NCBI GenBank assembly: GCA_963706795.1
Contig: OY970170.1
Coordinates: 1,235,897-1,267,896, forward strand
Length of the DNA stretch: 32,000 bases
Direction of reading: 5' to 3'
Origin: Candidatus Saccharimonadota bacterium
GTDB taxonomy: Bacteria; Patescibacteriota; Gracilibacteria; BD1-5; UBA2023
The position numbers were made by a program, and so were the translations under genes. How positions within the stretch are numbered: the first letter of the stretch is position 1; each line of letters starts with the position of its first letter. The notes below the pieces were generated by a model, which was not told the DNA's origin, did not search any database, and saw only the letters and a list, made by a program, of their open reading frames with translations. This document shows positions 1-10,399 of this stretch, in pieces.

Positions 1-1300
1 CAGTATTACTAAAGGCGATATTTTCTCTCAGTGTCAGACTAAAGACTATACTGTCCTGAAAGACAAACCCAATCTGGTCATAAAATGACTTTTTATCAAA
101 GGAAGTAATATCCTGACCATCAAAGTGGATCGAGCCCGAAGTTGGCGACAAGAGCCCTGTCATGAGATAGAGCAACAGGGTCTTCCCTGCTGCAGTCGGC
201 CCAATGATTGCGGTTTTTGAATGAGGCGCAATAGTAAAAGAAACGTCCTTGAGAGCCTTTTTTTCTCAAAATGCGAGTGTGATATTTTGTACGGCAATTT
301 GTCCGCTGAGATCACTCACAGTCTTGCCTCGAGTTGGAGGAATTGGTGCATTTAAAACCTCAGAGATACGAGCATACGAAGCCGTTGCTTGAGCAATGAC
401 ACCACTCATAAATCCAATAAGAATGATTGGGAAAATTAAAATCGCGAGATATCCATTGAATGCCGCAAAATCTCCGAGACTCATGCTTCCTGTAATGACG
501 AAGTGTCCACCGAGCATGAGGATCGCAAGCATCGCGATATTTGCAGTGAATGTGATCACAGGGATGAGCATCGCAAAGAGTCCCAAAATCATGAGTCCAA
601 TTTCCTTCGCTTTGCTATTTGCCGCGAGGAATTTAACGTATTCGAAGCTTTGTGAATTAAGAAGCCTGATAAGTGCAGATCCGAGAATACTCTCATTAAT
701 GATTTTATTAAGCCAGTCAACGGTTTCTTGTGAAGTCTTAAAGAGCTTGCGCACCTTGCCGAGCACGAATGAAAAAGTTACCCCGATGATTGGCACTGAG
801 AGCAAGACCACAAGCGCTAGCTGCCAATTAATCGCTAGAAGCAAAATGCTCGAACCAATAATCAAAAATACCGAAGAAACAATCGACACAATAGCCTGTG
901 ATACAAAGGTCTTTACAGCATCGACATCAGATGTGAGATTTGTAAGCAGTTTAGAAGGCGTAGCACGCTCGATATATGCGTAGTCCTGTTCTGCAATTTT
1001 TGCGACAATCTGACCACGTAAATCACGCGCTACACGCTCCGAAGCAAAAGTCTGCACAAGACTCTGTCCATAGGTAAGCACAAACACAAAGAATGATATC
1101 GCAGCAAACTCTATAAGAAGCTTGTCGCTATCAAATGTACCACTCGTAAAAGCGTCGATTGCAGACGCAATAATCTTAGGAACTGCAAGATTAAGTCCAT
1201 TCGCCAAAATGGTCAAAACAATAAGCCCTGCAATAATCATGGCATATGGCTTCAAAAGCCCAAAAATATTCGGACTCGGAGCTGGTACTGGTTTCGTCAT
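1..1300 (-). CDS. ABC transporter, fused permease/ATP-binding protein (type-1 exporter, MsbA-like); 3' end runs off the window
   Basis: ATG at 1300. The TM-rich N-terminal half (track ORF 266..1300) continues in frame through TGA at 266-268 into '...ITLAF-G-EKKALKDVSFTIAPHSKTAIIGPTAAGKTTLLLYLMTGLLSPTSGSIHFDGQDI' (Walker A). No TAA/TAG in this frame down to nt 1. Confidence 0.9.
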
Positions 1301-1433
1301 AAAAAGAGGTGCTAACTGATCGGAAAGTATATGACAAAGAGACTAAAAGAAAATCTGGAAATTTTGAGTAAAATAATGGAAATTGGTAGATTCCATCTGT
1401 TTTTCCATACAATACGGTTTTCATGAATCTATA

Positions 1434-2090
1434 ATGACGCGCACTCTCTTGCTCACAAGAATAGGACTCAGCTGTCTTTATGGAATTGTCTTCACAATGC
1501 AAAAGAGCAGTGAATCGAGCAAAATATGAGTGATCAAACAAGGTCTCCCAGCAAAGATTCAAGAAGAATCCAGGGTGCCCACCACAGGCACGGCCGCGCT
1601 CATAATAGAATCTGTACGCAAACAACTCGGAGTGACACTTTACTACGATGGGGCATACGCTAAGCTTGAATACCCGAATGGAGATGTACCCATGATCACC
1701 GGAGTCTGCGCTGATGTCGTCATCCGAGCTCTCCGAAGTGCACTCAAAATAGATCTCCAAAAAGACGTACATCTTGATATGGCTGCAAATTTTAGTCGCT
1801 ATCCACAGGCGTGGTGACTCAAAAAAACTGACACCAATATTGATCACCGCAGAGTCCGCAATCTCATGACCTACTTTGGTCGTCAAAAATGGAATCTAGC
1901 TGATACAGATTTTGCACCAGGCGATATCGTCGCATGGAGGTTGCCGGATGGACAGCGTCATATAGGAATACTCTCAGATACTATCCGCCCCGATGGCAAA
2001 CCACTCGTAATCCATAATATCGGTGGTGGTGCACAAGAGTCTGATATTATTGATTACTACACGAGAATTGGACACTGGAGGATAAAATAA
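1434..2090 (+). CDS. DUF1287 domain-containing secreted protein
   Basis: Track ORFs 1530..1817 and 1866..2090 share a frame and join through TGA 1815-1817, giving 'YPQAW-G-LKKTDTNIDHRRVRNL' (family motif WGL...IDHRRV). A second TGA lies at 1527-1529. ATG 1434 gives a signal-peptide-like N-terminus, MTRTLLLTRIGLSCLYGIVFT. TAA stop at 2088-2090, followed by a hairpin. Confidence 0.85.
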
Positions 2091-2127
2091 AATCTCTAGC
2101 ACATTCCCGTGCTAGAGATTTTATTTT
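2091..2127. terminator. Bidirectional intrinsic terminator between convergent genes
   Basis: Perfect 12-bp stem aatctctagcac (2091-2102) / gtgctagagatt (2109-2120), 6-nt loop, then ttatttt. It lies between the stop of 1434..2090 (+) and the stop of 2126..5356 (-). Confidence 0.8.
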
Positions 2128-5100
2128 ACTTCTGTATATCTTTCCCTTCCTTGATCTTGTCTACTGCAGTTTTGGATGCATCTCAGACAATTGGGGTTCG
2201 AGTTCTGGCTGAGTCTACAAGTTTTTGGTGTGCCTCGAGTTCTTTTGCAGTATTTGCTGCTGCCTTTTCTGAAGCTTTCTGCGCGATTTGCGCTTCGGCT
2301 TCTGCGGCAGTTAAGAGTTGAACTGGATGAAGCTCAGATGGAGCAGCATCAATCACTTGTACTCCATTTCGTACTTCAACGGTACGTTTTACTTTACCAT
2401 TTCAACGTATTTCATCAAATAGGTAGCTTCTGCGACCATTTATAAGTTTACCAGAAGCATCGAATGTTCCGGATTCGACCACCATTCCTGTACCAGTATC
2501 ATCACGTCGTCTTCGGATTCCATCGGTGAGATTGCCATTTACATCAAAATTTCAACGCTCTTGGAGATTGTGATTTACAGTACCGTCGTTATTTTTAGCA
2601 TACCGAGTTCCAGCTTTGCCTGTGAGTCCATTTGGATGAAGCTCACCAATAAAGAGCGTGTGATTATTTTCGTAGCGCTGACTCGTTGTTGCCTCATGTG
2701 GCGAGACATTTGTTGGGGCTGGTGGCACAAAAGGGACTCCGAGGAATTCAGCATGATTCTCGGGAGGACGCGGAGAATTTTCTGGCTCGTATCTCACAAA
2801 TTTTCCGTCCTTTATTGCATAGTGGGCATGTGTTCAGTTTGCATTTCGCATACTCACAAGACCATCCCAGAGGATCCCATAGTTATAATTTCCAGTTTCA
2901 AATCGTTCAAAGGTGGCGGTTCCTGATCTCGATTCACCTTCTAGGAGATTTCCTTCCTTATCAAAACGCCCCTTCTTGTAGCTCTGAGGGTTGACCGTGC
3001 CATCAGCATGTTTGTCATAGAGCGTTCATTCTTTTGGCATTCCATTTTCGTATGTTTTGCCCTCAAAATGAAATCGATCACCGATTTTTGGCTTAGAAGA
3101 AAGTCCTTCGGATTGACGTGCATATGCGTATGGTTCTGGGCCAGTACGTGCGTTTTCTGGAGTAGTATTTCGAGGTTCAGGACGACTCGCACTTGGTGCT
3201 GGTTCAGAATTTGGACGCATTTCTACAACTGCGATTCCTCCGTCAGGAGTGCGCTTTACGCCCATCATTTTATTAACACCACCGGTCGCTGTACGGAAAG
3301 CCGCCGCCATGATGAATGCTTGGGCGATTTGTTCTGGCGAATATGAGAACTTGTCATCAAAGGCAAGTTTAAACGCAAGTTGACTTCCGATGCCGGCAAT
3401 ATTGAGCGCGGCTCCGTCGATAATAGCTCACGTACCAAATCGTACGAGTCCATTGCCCATACGACTCACCCGCCCAAGCATGTTATTTCCAGCAAGCACT
3501 TTAGTTACACCACCCAACACTCAAGCAAAGAGGATCGAATCCCCAAGTCCACGCCATGAGTACATATTTGTATCTTCTTGTGCAGATCTTGCAGCACCGT
3601 GTCCAAGCTCAAAAGCAGCTCATTTTCCGATGAATGTATTGCCTGCTTTCATTCCGTAATTTGCGAGCTTTGCAAAACGCGTAGCCTGAAGACCAGTGGA
3701 AGCGACATTTACAATTGCCGTACCTAGGCCGAGGGTCATCATTCCTGCAGCGAGAGCAACTGATTCAATCCCAGCCATATGCAAGAACTCTCTAAATGAG
3801 CGCGAAGAAGCATTAAATGTACCCGTTCCGAGAATCGAGGACGCCATATCGAGCTCAGAATCTTTTTCGTAGTCTCAATTCCAGTCGACATTTTGATTCA
3901 AAAAGGCTCTCAGATATGCAATGCGGAATGCCTCATCGAGACCCCGCTGCATATGGACTGATTCTGCTTTGTTTAGAAGCTCGCTTTCGGGTTTTGGATC
4001 ATTTGTCTGCGCCTTGTATGCACGAACATATGATGCGCCATTCGCCACCCAATCTTGTTGGAGCGCCTTTTTGACGGACTCCATCTCTTGGCGGATTTCT
4101 TTTGAAGCCTTTGCCTGATCTGCGACATTGAGAGGCTTCGCAAAAGGAATCGTCTCGCCGAGTTCGATCTTGGAGATGAGCGACTCTGCATTGGTGATAT
4201 TCTTTGTATGACTTCGTGCGATCTGTGAAACTACGAGATCATATTGCCCGATACTGTCTTTGATGAGTTTATAGAGTGTAGCGCGTCGCTGTACGGGATT
4301 TTTGTCATTAGAAAATGCTGACATCCAGTGCCAAACAACTCATTTGTCTGGCTCAAGAATATATGTAATTTTCTTGGCAAATTCGTTGATATCACCTCAT
4401 TTTATAACGTATTCGTCCACGAGTTTCCAGGCCTTAAGCGCTTGGGATTGCTTATTTTGGTACTGTGCGCTGTATGCCTCAAGAAAAATCGCCATATCAT
4501 CAGCCCAGCCAATTCGACTTTTTTGCTCTGGAGAAATCTGAGCTTCGGCTCACTGTTTTGCAGCATCTACATAATTTGCATGCCAGATAACTTTTTCGGT
4601 ACCATTCTCACCAATGAGATAATATGCACCATCTCGCACAACCATACCGATTGCAGGAGCACCGAGAACTTTGAGTGCCTCAGACTGTGTAGCTGGCGCG
4701 CTCTTAAGTGGAGCAGCAGGAGCCTTTTTTGGTACTGAAGCCTGAGGTACAGATGGAGTAGCATCTACCTTTGGTGCAGGCTTTGCAAGAACAGCAGGAA
4801 TAGAAACAGGTTTTTGCTCAATTTTTTGAGCATCCTGCGAAGCAGGCTTTGCAACCGAAGTTGGTGTAGGAGCAGGAGTTGGAGCTTTAGGAGTAGCAAC
4901 TACATGGGGAGGAACAGAGGCAACTGGCGCACTCTTTTGCGCTTTTGTTTGATCAACATTAGAAGTCTTAGGTTTTTCTCCGGCCTGCTTTTTGAGGACT
5001 TCAACGAGGCTCCCAAAAGTTTCGGGTCCAGGAATGCCATCTACTCGGATTTCTTCTGCAATCTGAAATTCTTTAATCGCGTGCGTGGTTTCAGTTCCCA

Positions 5101-5356
5101 TCATCCCATCAATTCCATGCTCAGGGAGTTTGTAACCAAGAGTCACCAGCGTCTTTTGGATAATAAGGACCACTGCAGCGCTATCTTTAGGAGAATCTGG
5201 ACGATGAAAAGGCTGATTTTTATACTCAGCGAGCTTTGTAAGCAAAAACTCATTGGTGAAGCCTTGGATAGCTTCTTTTACGTCCTGATCTTTTTCGAGA
5301 TTGAGACCGGTTTTTACCTGCTCTTTGACCCAGTTTGGGCTGTGCTCAATAGACAT
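2126..5356 (-). CDS. Large (1076 aa) envelope-associated protein: N-terminal peptidoglycan-binding-like domain, Pro/Ala-rich linker, Gly-rich hydrophobic segment, C-terminal MORN/YwqK-like repeats
   Basis: Five track ORFs (4550..5356, 3875..4324, 3620..3847, 3026..3310, 2552..2797) are all in one frame. I translated the gaps and they contain only TGA (12 in-frame TGAs by my count). PG_binding_1-like 'LIIQKTLVTLGYKLPEHGIDGMMGTETTHAIKEFQIAEEIRVDGIPGPETF'. Linker 'APTPAPTPTSVAKPA...'. Repeats such as 'FEGKTYENGMPKEGTLYDKHADGTV...YKKGRFDKEGNLLEG'. TAA at 2126-2128; an upstream in-frame TAA lies just 5' of ATG 5356. Confidence 0.8.
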
Positions 5357-5424
5357 AATCGTCGCGAGTTAAGTGTGATACCTTAAAATTACCACACTGT
5401 GCGCTTCTCTGTCAAATAGTGAGC

Positions 5425-6288
5425 CTATGCCTCGTCTATGGATGGTGCGAGCATCTTCGTAGTGACTTGATCATAAAATTTTTGGATGCATCTCACATCC
5501 GAAAATGCTCCAAACTCAGGCATTATAGACCTAATATTTGTCGCGAGCATCGCCTTAAGCATGCGTGCTTCAATGACATATTCTTGGCTAGATATCCCTT
5601 CGATTTTTTCGAGGATGAGATTGGTGTCGGGATCCTCTAAATTATGCTTCGTCAAAATACTCTTTTGATAGAGATGACATATCAAATGTAAGAGCGGAAG
5701 ATCTAGTGGCTCACTAAACTCATCTGGATGAGCCGGAAAATCAAAATTTTGGTCATTATCTGTAATGCGTCCAATAAATAATCACGCTACATGATCTGTC
5801 TTGCCCCATGCCACTTTAAAAGAATTGAGATCAAAAAGATGTATATTTTTTTCATGAAACATGGCTCGCTTACTGGTGATCTGTTCAGATTTAAAAATCT
5901 GAGCATTTACCTCGAGCGATGCAAGCGCTCTGAGCATGTATGCCTCTTTGTCTTGTTGAGCAATTTTTTGATTGGGGTGAACCGCAGTAAATTCGATAAA
6001 TTCGTCTACGAATAGCTCGTCAACATACAGCGTACCAATACCCACCTTGAGTAGAGAATTTCCTCGAATATTCGGCCCCTGATTGATAATCGCTATTTCC
6101 TTGCGATCCGTAAGTCTTTCAAAGAATCGAACAGCCAGGTCATCGTCTTCTTCAAAACGATCATAGAATATTTTTGTGCCAGGAAATTCGAGCACAGCAT
6201 GCACCTCTGATGCTACATCAGTAGAAGGCATAACAGGTGAATCCGTCTGAGTCCGACGAGCTGTCGGGAAAGTGAGAATATTATCCAT
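5425..6288 (-). CDS. Hypothetical protein (287 aa)
   Basis: Track ORFs 5782..6288 and 5425..5685 are in frame and joined through TGA 5782-5784. ATG at 6288, TAG at 5425-5427. No family recognised. Confidence 0.6.
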
Positions 6289-6312
6289 AACAAGGAGGTT
6301 TATGGTGCGATA

Positions 6313-7011
6313 TTATTTTGCGAGCCTAAGTGAACCGAGCGATGACATCGTTCCGATCTCGGCTCAGGTAGATTGTGTATCAAAGTGGATATATTCGTCT
6401 CCCCATGCCGTGAGCAAGCGGTCCATTTGAAAGTCGTCGTATTCATCGAGTGAAAGCCCTCGCAGCCTCTCTGTGAGCTGAACTGGATCTTTTGTAATCG
6501 ACAATGCCCAATAAAATTGACCATCATCTTCACCAAGTGGTTCATGAGTCCAATACAGGATTTCAGAAGCATTTTCACCATCAAATGACCGACCTAAAAG
6601 ATTGAGCAAATGATCTCTTTTTTCGATGCCCGTTCCAGGAATCGCATCAATCAGGATGATCCATGCTTCAGCTGAAACCAAATCCATACTGGGTGGTCGA
6701 TCAGCGACAACATATCCGCGTTTAAATACAAGATCCGTGCCATTTATAGCATCCATTTGTTCAAGAGAATGCGCGCTGATATCTGTGAGATCGATACGAT
6801 ATTGCCCGACAATAATCGCTTGGTTATCAACCTGAATATCAACTTTTCAATATACTTCAGCCCAATTTTGTAAAAGCTGCAATATTCGCTGAGACTGAGT
6901 CTCTGGCATTGCCAGAATATTTTCTGTTTGAGCTCATGCGGCAGGCAGATTCATGGGTATCTGCACTCATTCTGAAGTAGGACGTACCGTCTCAAAAGCA
7001 AGATTATTCAT
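6313..7011 (-). CDS. Hypothetical acidic protein (232 aa)
   Basis: Track ORF 6364..6756 extends upstream to ATG 7009-7011 (TGAs at 6847, 6934, 6967) and downstream through TGA 6364-6366 to TAA 6313-6315. No family recognised. Confidence 0.55.
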
Positions 7012-7109
7012 AACAAAAAATGATGAATTCTGATCACTATAGGAATACTAGCAAATAATCAAGAGAAGAGTTTGTCAAATCACCTACTTGCACCACGGAC
7101 AACTTTATA

Positions 7110-7136
7110 AAAATCCCCGACTATGTCGGGGATTTT
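7110..7136. terminator. Intrinsic terminator hairpin (A-tract/T-tract flanked, potentially bidirectional)
   Basis: aaaatccccgac (7110-7121), tat loop, gtcggggatttt (7125-7136): a perfect 12-bp stem. It starts 16 nt downstream of the TGA that closes ORF 7152..7562 on the minus strand. Confidence 0.75.
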
Positions 7137-7151
7137 GTGATGACGAATGGA

Positions 7152-7562
7152 TCAGAGAGAGAAAATTTTCTCAAGCCAGTGCGTCTCTTCCTTATCTTTC
7201 CCCTTGCAATAGGGGCCGTGGATTGTCTTGTAACAACCACCTGAATTTACCTTACGGTTCATGGTGGTGAGTATCCAATCTACGAAGACTATGCCAAGTT
7301 CGGTATCAACAGATTTGACGATCCCAATGGCACGAATACGTATATCAGAACTTCCTTGACCTAGACCCTTTTTGATCGCAATGCAATCATTTTTACGCAC
7401 TTGTGCAATGACTGAATCATACTCAGGATGTTCCCCAAGTTTCCAGCCATTTTGCCAGATACCTGCTTGAATAAAACGTTCGAATTGATCGTCTTTGCCC
7501 CACATTGCGCCAGCTAAAAAGTACTGACGACTTGGTTTGCTATTTGTTTTAGCTAATTCCAT
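7152..7562 (-). CDS. Hypothetical protein (136 aa) whose only plausible end is a TGA codon
   Basis: Clean ORF 'MELAKTNSKPSRQYFLAGAMWGKDDQFERFIQAGIWQNGW...' with no internal TGA. It ends at TGA 7152-7154, followed by the 7110-7136 terminator. Reading TGA as Gly would add about 135 aa antisense to gene 6313..7011 (next TAA at 6744-6746). Confidence 0.55.
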   Translation of the reverse strand: MELAKTNSKPSRQYFLAGAMWGKDDQFERFIQAGIWQNGWKLGEHPEYDSVIAQVRKNDCIAIKKGLGQGSSDIRIRAIGIVKSVDTELGIVFVDWILTTMNRKVNSGGCYKTIHGPYCKGKDKEETHWLEKIFSL

Positions 7563-7665
7563 TTTACTTCCTTAAGTAGACCCTCCGAGGAAACTCATCG
7601 GGTAAAATAATATCTATTGGTATTTCATCCCCACAAAGTTCATAAGGACCAAAAGAGTCTACGAA

Positions 7666-7701
7666 AAATCCCTCCAAAACCAAAGATTTCGAGAGGGATT
7701 T
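7666..7701 (-). terminator. Putative intrinsic terminator after the P-loop gene
   Basis: aaatccctc (7666-7674) pairs with gagggattt (7693-7701), with an 18-nt loop. On the minus strand it overlaps the TAA of 7700..8227 and is followed by TTTCG. Confidence 0.4.
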
Positions 7702-8227
7702 AGGAGAGATTTTTGAGTTTTATTGTGTGGCTAATAAGTTCAAATCCGTTCTCAACAGATGTGATTTCTAAAGTCTTTGATTGAAGGCTAGAAGTAGCTA
7801 TATTTTCCAGAATTCTTGGTAATTGTCGCTTCTTCCAAGTCAGTGTGCGTATCAAAAAACCAATATTGATCGAATTTGCTCCGTGGATATTTAGGTCCTG
7901 TTTATTGCGTTTTTGCTTGAAAAACAAACTCTTCATAGACCTCTTTAAGATGCGGAGAATATTGCCAAGTGGAGATGTATTAATAATCACTATCAAATCC
8001 ACTCGATCTTTCATAGATTTAATGATCGAGCAACTTGCTCATTCAATAATCCAGCTTGATTGCTGTATAGCTTCTTTTTGAAGTAATCAATAATTTGGAT
8101 TCTCAATCCAACCTTCTTGCCATTGGAGCGAATCAAGATGCACAACAGGAATGTTATATGTTTGACTCAGATCGTGTGCAAGCGTAGATTTCCCTGATCA
8201 GGCTGGGCCAGTAATGTATATGCGCAT
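7700..8227 (-). CDS. P-loop NTPase, adenylate-kinase / topology-modulation (FlaR)-like
   Basis: Track ORF 7700..8014 extends upstream through TGAs (8039, 8087, 8198) to ATG 8225-8227: 'MRIYITGPAG-S-GKSTLAHDLSQTYNIPVVHLDSLQW'. TGA 8198-8200 supplies a Walker A glycine (GPAGSGKST). TAA at 7700-7702. Confidence 0.75.
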
Positions 8228-8244
8228 AAGGAAAAAATGAATAG

Positions 8245-9708
8245 TTAATCCCTACTTTCAGTATTTCAAAAGTAGATCTCGTTTGCCTGATTTACTAATC
8301 TCATTTCTTCTTCGGCTGAGTCTTTTATAACTTTTTCTGATTCACGTTTTTGCCTGTTTTGTCGATCCTGTTTTTCTTTGTCGGCAAGCTCTTTTGCTCG
8401 AGTTTCTGTAGCAGAAATATCTTTCAATCGAGCCCCAAGCAAGATAAATTCTTGGACCTTGTTAAATTCAGTATCGAATTTTACTAACTCTTCTTCAATT
8501 TCAGTGAAATTGCCTTTTTTGGCATGTAATTCTTTGATGTGAAGCAAGGCTCATTCGAGTGCGAAGAGCGTAGATGGCAAATGAAAGAGTATAAATCTCA
8601 TATCCCCCGTTTTTTTGGCGTAGGTGGTTGCATTTTCCGTATACTGAGATTTTATCTGAATTCCTCAGAGATTCCTTTCTCTGTCGGCAATTTGAGACGT
8701 CAGGCTCTTTAGCCAGTCTATTTCTTTTTTGAGCACGTCAGCATGTGCATCCATCTGAGCAAAAAGCACTTTTTCTGCAGTATGGAGAGCTTCAAGAGCA
8801 TCTATATCTCGAAGTCGATATATCGTTCGGAAGTCATAGCTAAGTTTGTGGATTTCACTCTGAAGCCCCGTAAGGTCGAATCGGTTTTCTTTTTTATAAA
8901 GTGTTCTGTGTTTGACACTTATCTTGCTGAGTTCTGATTTTTTTGAGTCAAATGTCGACTGGATGCGTATATTAAATACATCCATCATTTCATAGAATCG
9001 TTCGAATCCTGAAAGACGTATGTGGTGAGCTCGTATATTTGCAACAATGAAATCTAGATCATCCACATCAACTGGAGATTCTGTCACAAAGGCTTGTATT
9101 TGTCTGAATTGAAAGCCAATTCGCTGGAGCGAAGACTCAAGCGTTCGTACTTCTGACATGAGCCTATCGGCCTCGTAGAGTTTTTTCGTACGTTTTTCTT
9201 CGTCTTCCTGCCACTCAGTCGCCATCGTATTCAAGAAGTCAGTTACCTCAGCAATATCTTTCTGAAAAGTCGCTTCCCAGTGAGAAAGAGACAAAATTTT
9301 AGCTAAATCCTCTTCTGCATGACCATTAAGACGTGCCAAATACGACTCGATAAGTGGAAAAAGATATCACTGCGGATATCTTGCCCTCTCTGTTTCATAT
9401 CTCTTACCTAGGTCTTTTATCTGATTCTTGAGATCATTTTTTTGCTTGGAGCGAAGGAGTCTTCTTGAGCCTATAAGTCCACCCACAGCAATACCAAAAA
9501 CCGCTGTACCAACTGCGATATCTTTAAAGAGTTCACTTGTATCGTTCTCTTTGTTACTCTCTAAGTGCTCCTGGATTTTTTGTTTCGTCTCATCTTGTAC
9601 AAGAGACAGGTTATCCGGAAGGACTTCATTTGCTGAAGTTACATTCGATCCAAGGGCCATGGCCGAACCTACAAGCACGGACTTCCATCCCGATTGATTC
9701 CTATTCAT
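8245..9708 (-). CDS. Membrane-anchored coiled-coil protein (487 aa), function unknown
   Basis: Track ORFs 9367..9708, 8665..9339 and 8266..8547 share a frame and join through TGAs at 9367, 8665, 8551 and 8266. N-terminal signal/TM region (MNRNQSGWKSVLVGSAMALG; IAVGTAVFGIAVGGLIG), then a long charged, helical sequence. TAA at 8245-8247. Confidence 0.65.
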
Positions 9709-9781
9709 GAGGAGTTTTAAAATATCCCCTGTATATCGATTTTTTATAAAAAGTCACTCTTTTTGACAGGCATCACATATG

Positions 9782-9810
9782 TTGACAAATATAATTATAG
9801 TATATATTCA
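9782..9810 (+). promoter_or_regulatory. Candidate sigma70-type promoter for gene 9909
   Basis: TTGACA at 9782-9787 is followed by an AT-rich spacer and TATATT at 9803-9808 (short 15-nt spacer) within the 200-nt AT-rich divergent intergenic region. Confidence 0.3.
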
Positions 9811-9908
9811 ACCTTGTATTTTTCTGTATGGAACGCGAGTTGCATTACAAAAAAAGCGTTCGTTAAAATCTGTAAGTTCGAGGAGTTTTCATTCCTAGGG
9901 AGGAAATT

Positions 9909-10328
9909 ATGAAAAAATTATATACAGGCTTATTGTTCTTTGTGTTGCCATTCTTTGCGTTTGCAGAGACGACGGGTCATATAAGCGACCTCTCAAAGAT
10001 ATACGAAAACACAAGCATTACCTTGCTGAGCGCACTTGCAGTCAGTTTTGTGATCATCACTCTACTCATGCCTGCAATTGTTGGCGGTATCGTGGCAGCA
10101 ATAAGCACGTATCTTCTTCTAGTACCAACCATGGCCGGTGGAATCGTTGCCGTACTGGTTATACTTGTATTTTTTATGGGCTGGGGAATCGCCTGGTTGA
10201 TCCGAAACATGATCAAGCCAAGTAGCTATTCTGGCTCGGATTCTGATGGAAGTATTGACGCTTGCAGTGCTTGGGGATTCAACTCAGGTGACTCTTGGGG
10301 AAACGACTCCAGCGGAGGTATCGATTGA
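9909..10328 (+). CDS. Small multi-TM membrane protein with Gly/Ser/Asp-rich tail (139 aa), apparently ending on TGA
   Basis: Signal-like MKKLYTGLLFFVLPFFAFA, several TM stretches, tail 'GSDSDGSIDACSAWGFNSGDSWGNDSSGGID'. No internal TGA. The ORF closes at TGA 10326-10328, 26 nt before a strong terminator. No TAA/TAG occurs in any forward frame before the hairpin. Confidence 0.55.
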   Translation: MKKLYTGLLFFVLPFFAFAETTGHISDLSKIYENTSITLLSALAVSFVIITLLMPAIVGGIVAAISTYLLLVPTMAGGIVAVLVILVFFMGWGIAWLIRNMIKPSSYSGSDSDGSIDACSAWGFNSGDSWGNDSSGGID

Positions 10329-10354
10329 ATGAACTTACAGAAAGGAGAAATCAA

Positions 10355-10384
10355 AAACAGAAGGTGAAAACCTTCTGTTTTTTT
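10355..10384. terminator. Bidirectional intrinsic terminator
   Basis: aaacagaagg (10355-10364), tgaaaa loop, ccttctgttt (10371-10380), then tttt. It lies between convergent genes 9909..10328 (+) and 10400..10912 (-). Confidence 0.8.
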
Positions 10385-10399
10385 GTGATACGATATTGC

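Noticed and set aside
396-983. Long plus-strand ORFs in the track lying opposite confirmed minus-strand genes (for example 396..983, 4814..5386, 19086..19529, 25989..26300, 12279..12689).
   Set aside because: They are antisense shadows of genes with clear family motifs (ABC exporter, large envelope protein, hsdR, hsdM, NAS/COG0523). Their translations are low-complexity or Cys/Arg/Ser-rich with no recognisable motifs.
4700-4960. Apparent repeat array in the Pro/Ala/Lys-rich region of the large envelope protein.
   Set aside because: At the DNA level it is biased composition (gcagg/agcag-type motifs) rather than exact tandem units, and it stays in frame inside a CDS. It is not a CRISPR or VNTR-like array. 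I saw no CRISPR repeat-spacer structure anywhere in the window.
6292-6520. Perfect Shine-Dalgarno-like AAGGAGG (6292-6298) followed by ATG at 6302 on the plus strand, opening a roughly 77-codon ORF in code 25.
   Set aside because: It lies in the 24-nt gap between two minus-strand genes, and the ORF runs antisense through gene 6313..7011. Its translation is Ser-rich and featureless. I treat it as fortuitous, although the SD match is striking.
6744-7151. Code-25 read-through extension of ORF 7152..7562 (about 135 extra codons), and the analogous extension of 9909..10328 across 10329..10886.
   Set aside because: Both extensions cross strong terminator hairpins and lie antisense to well-supported genes. 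Their sequences are Cys/Arg/Phe-rich with no protein-like character. I kept the anomaly as a finding rather than annotating the extensions as coding.
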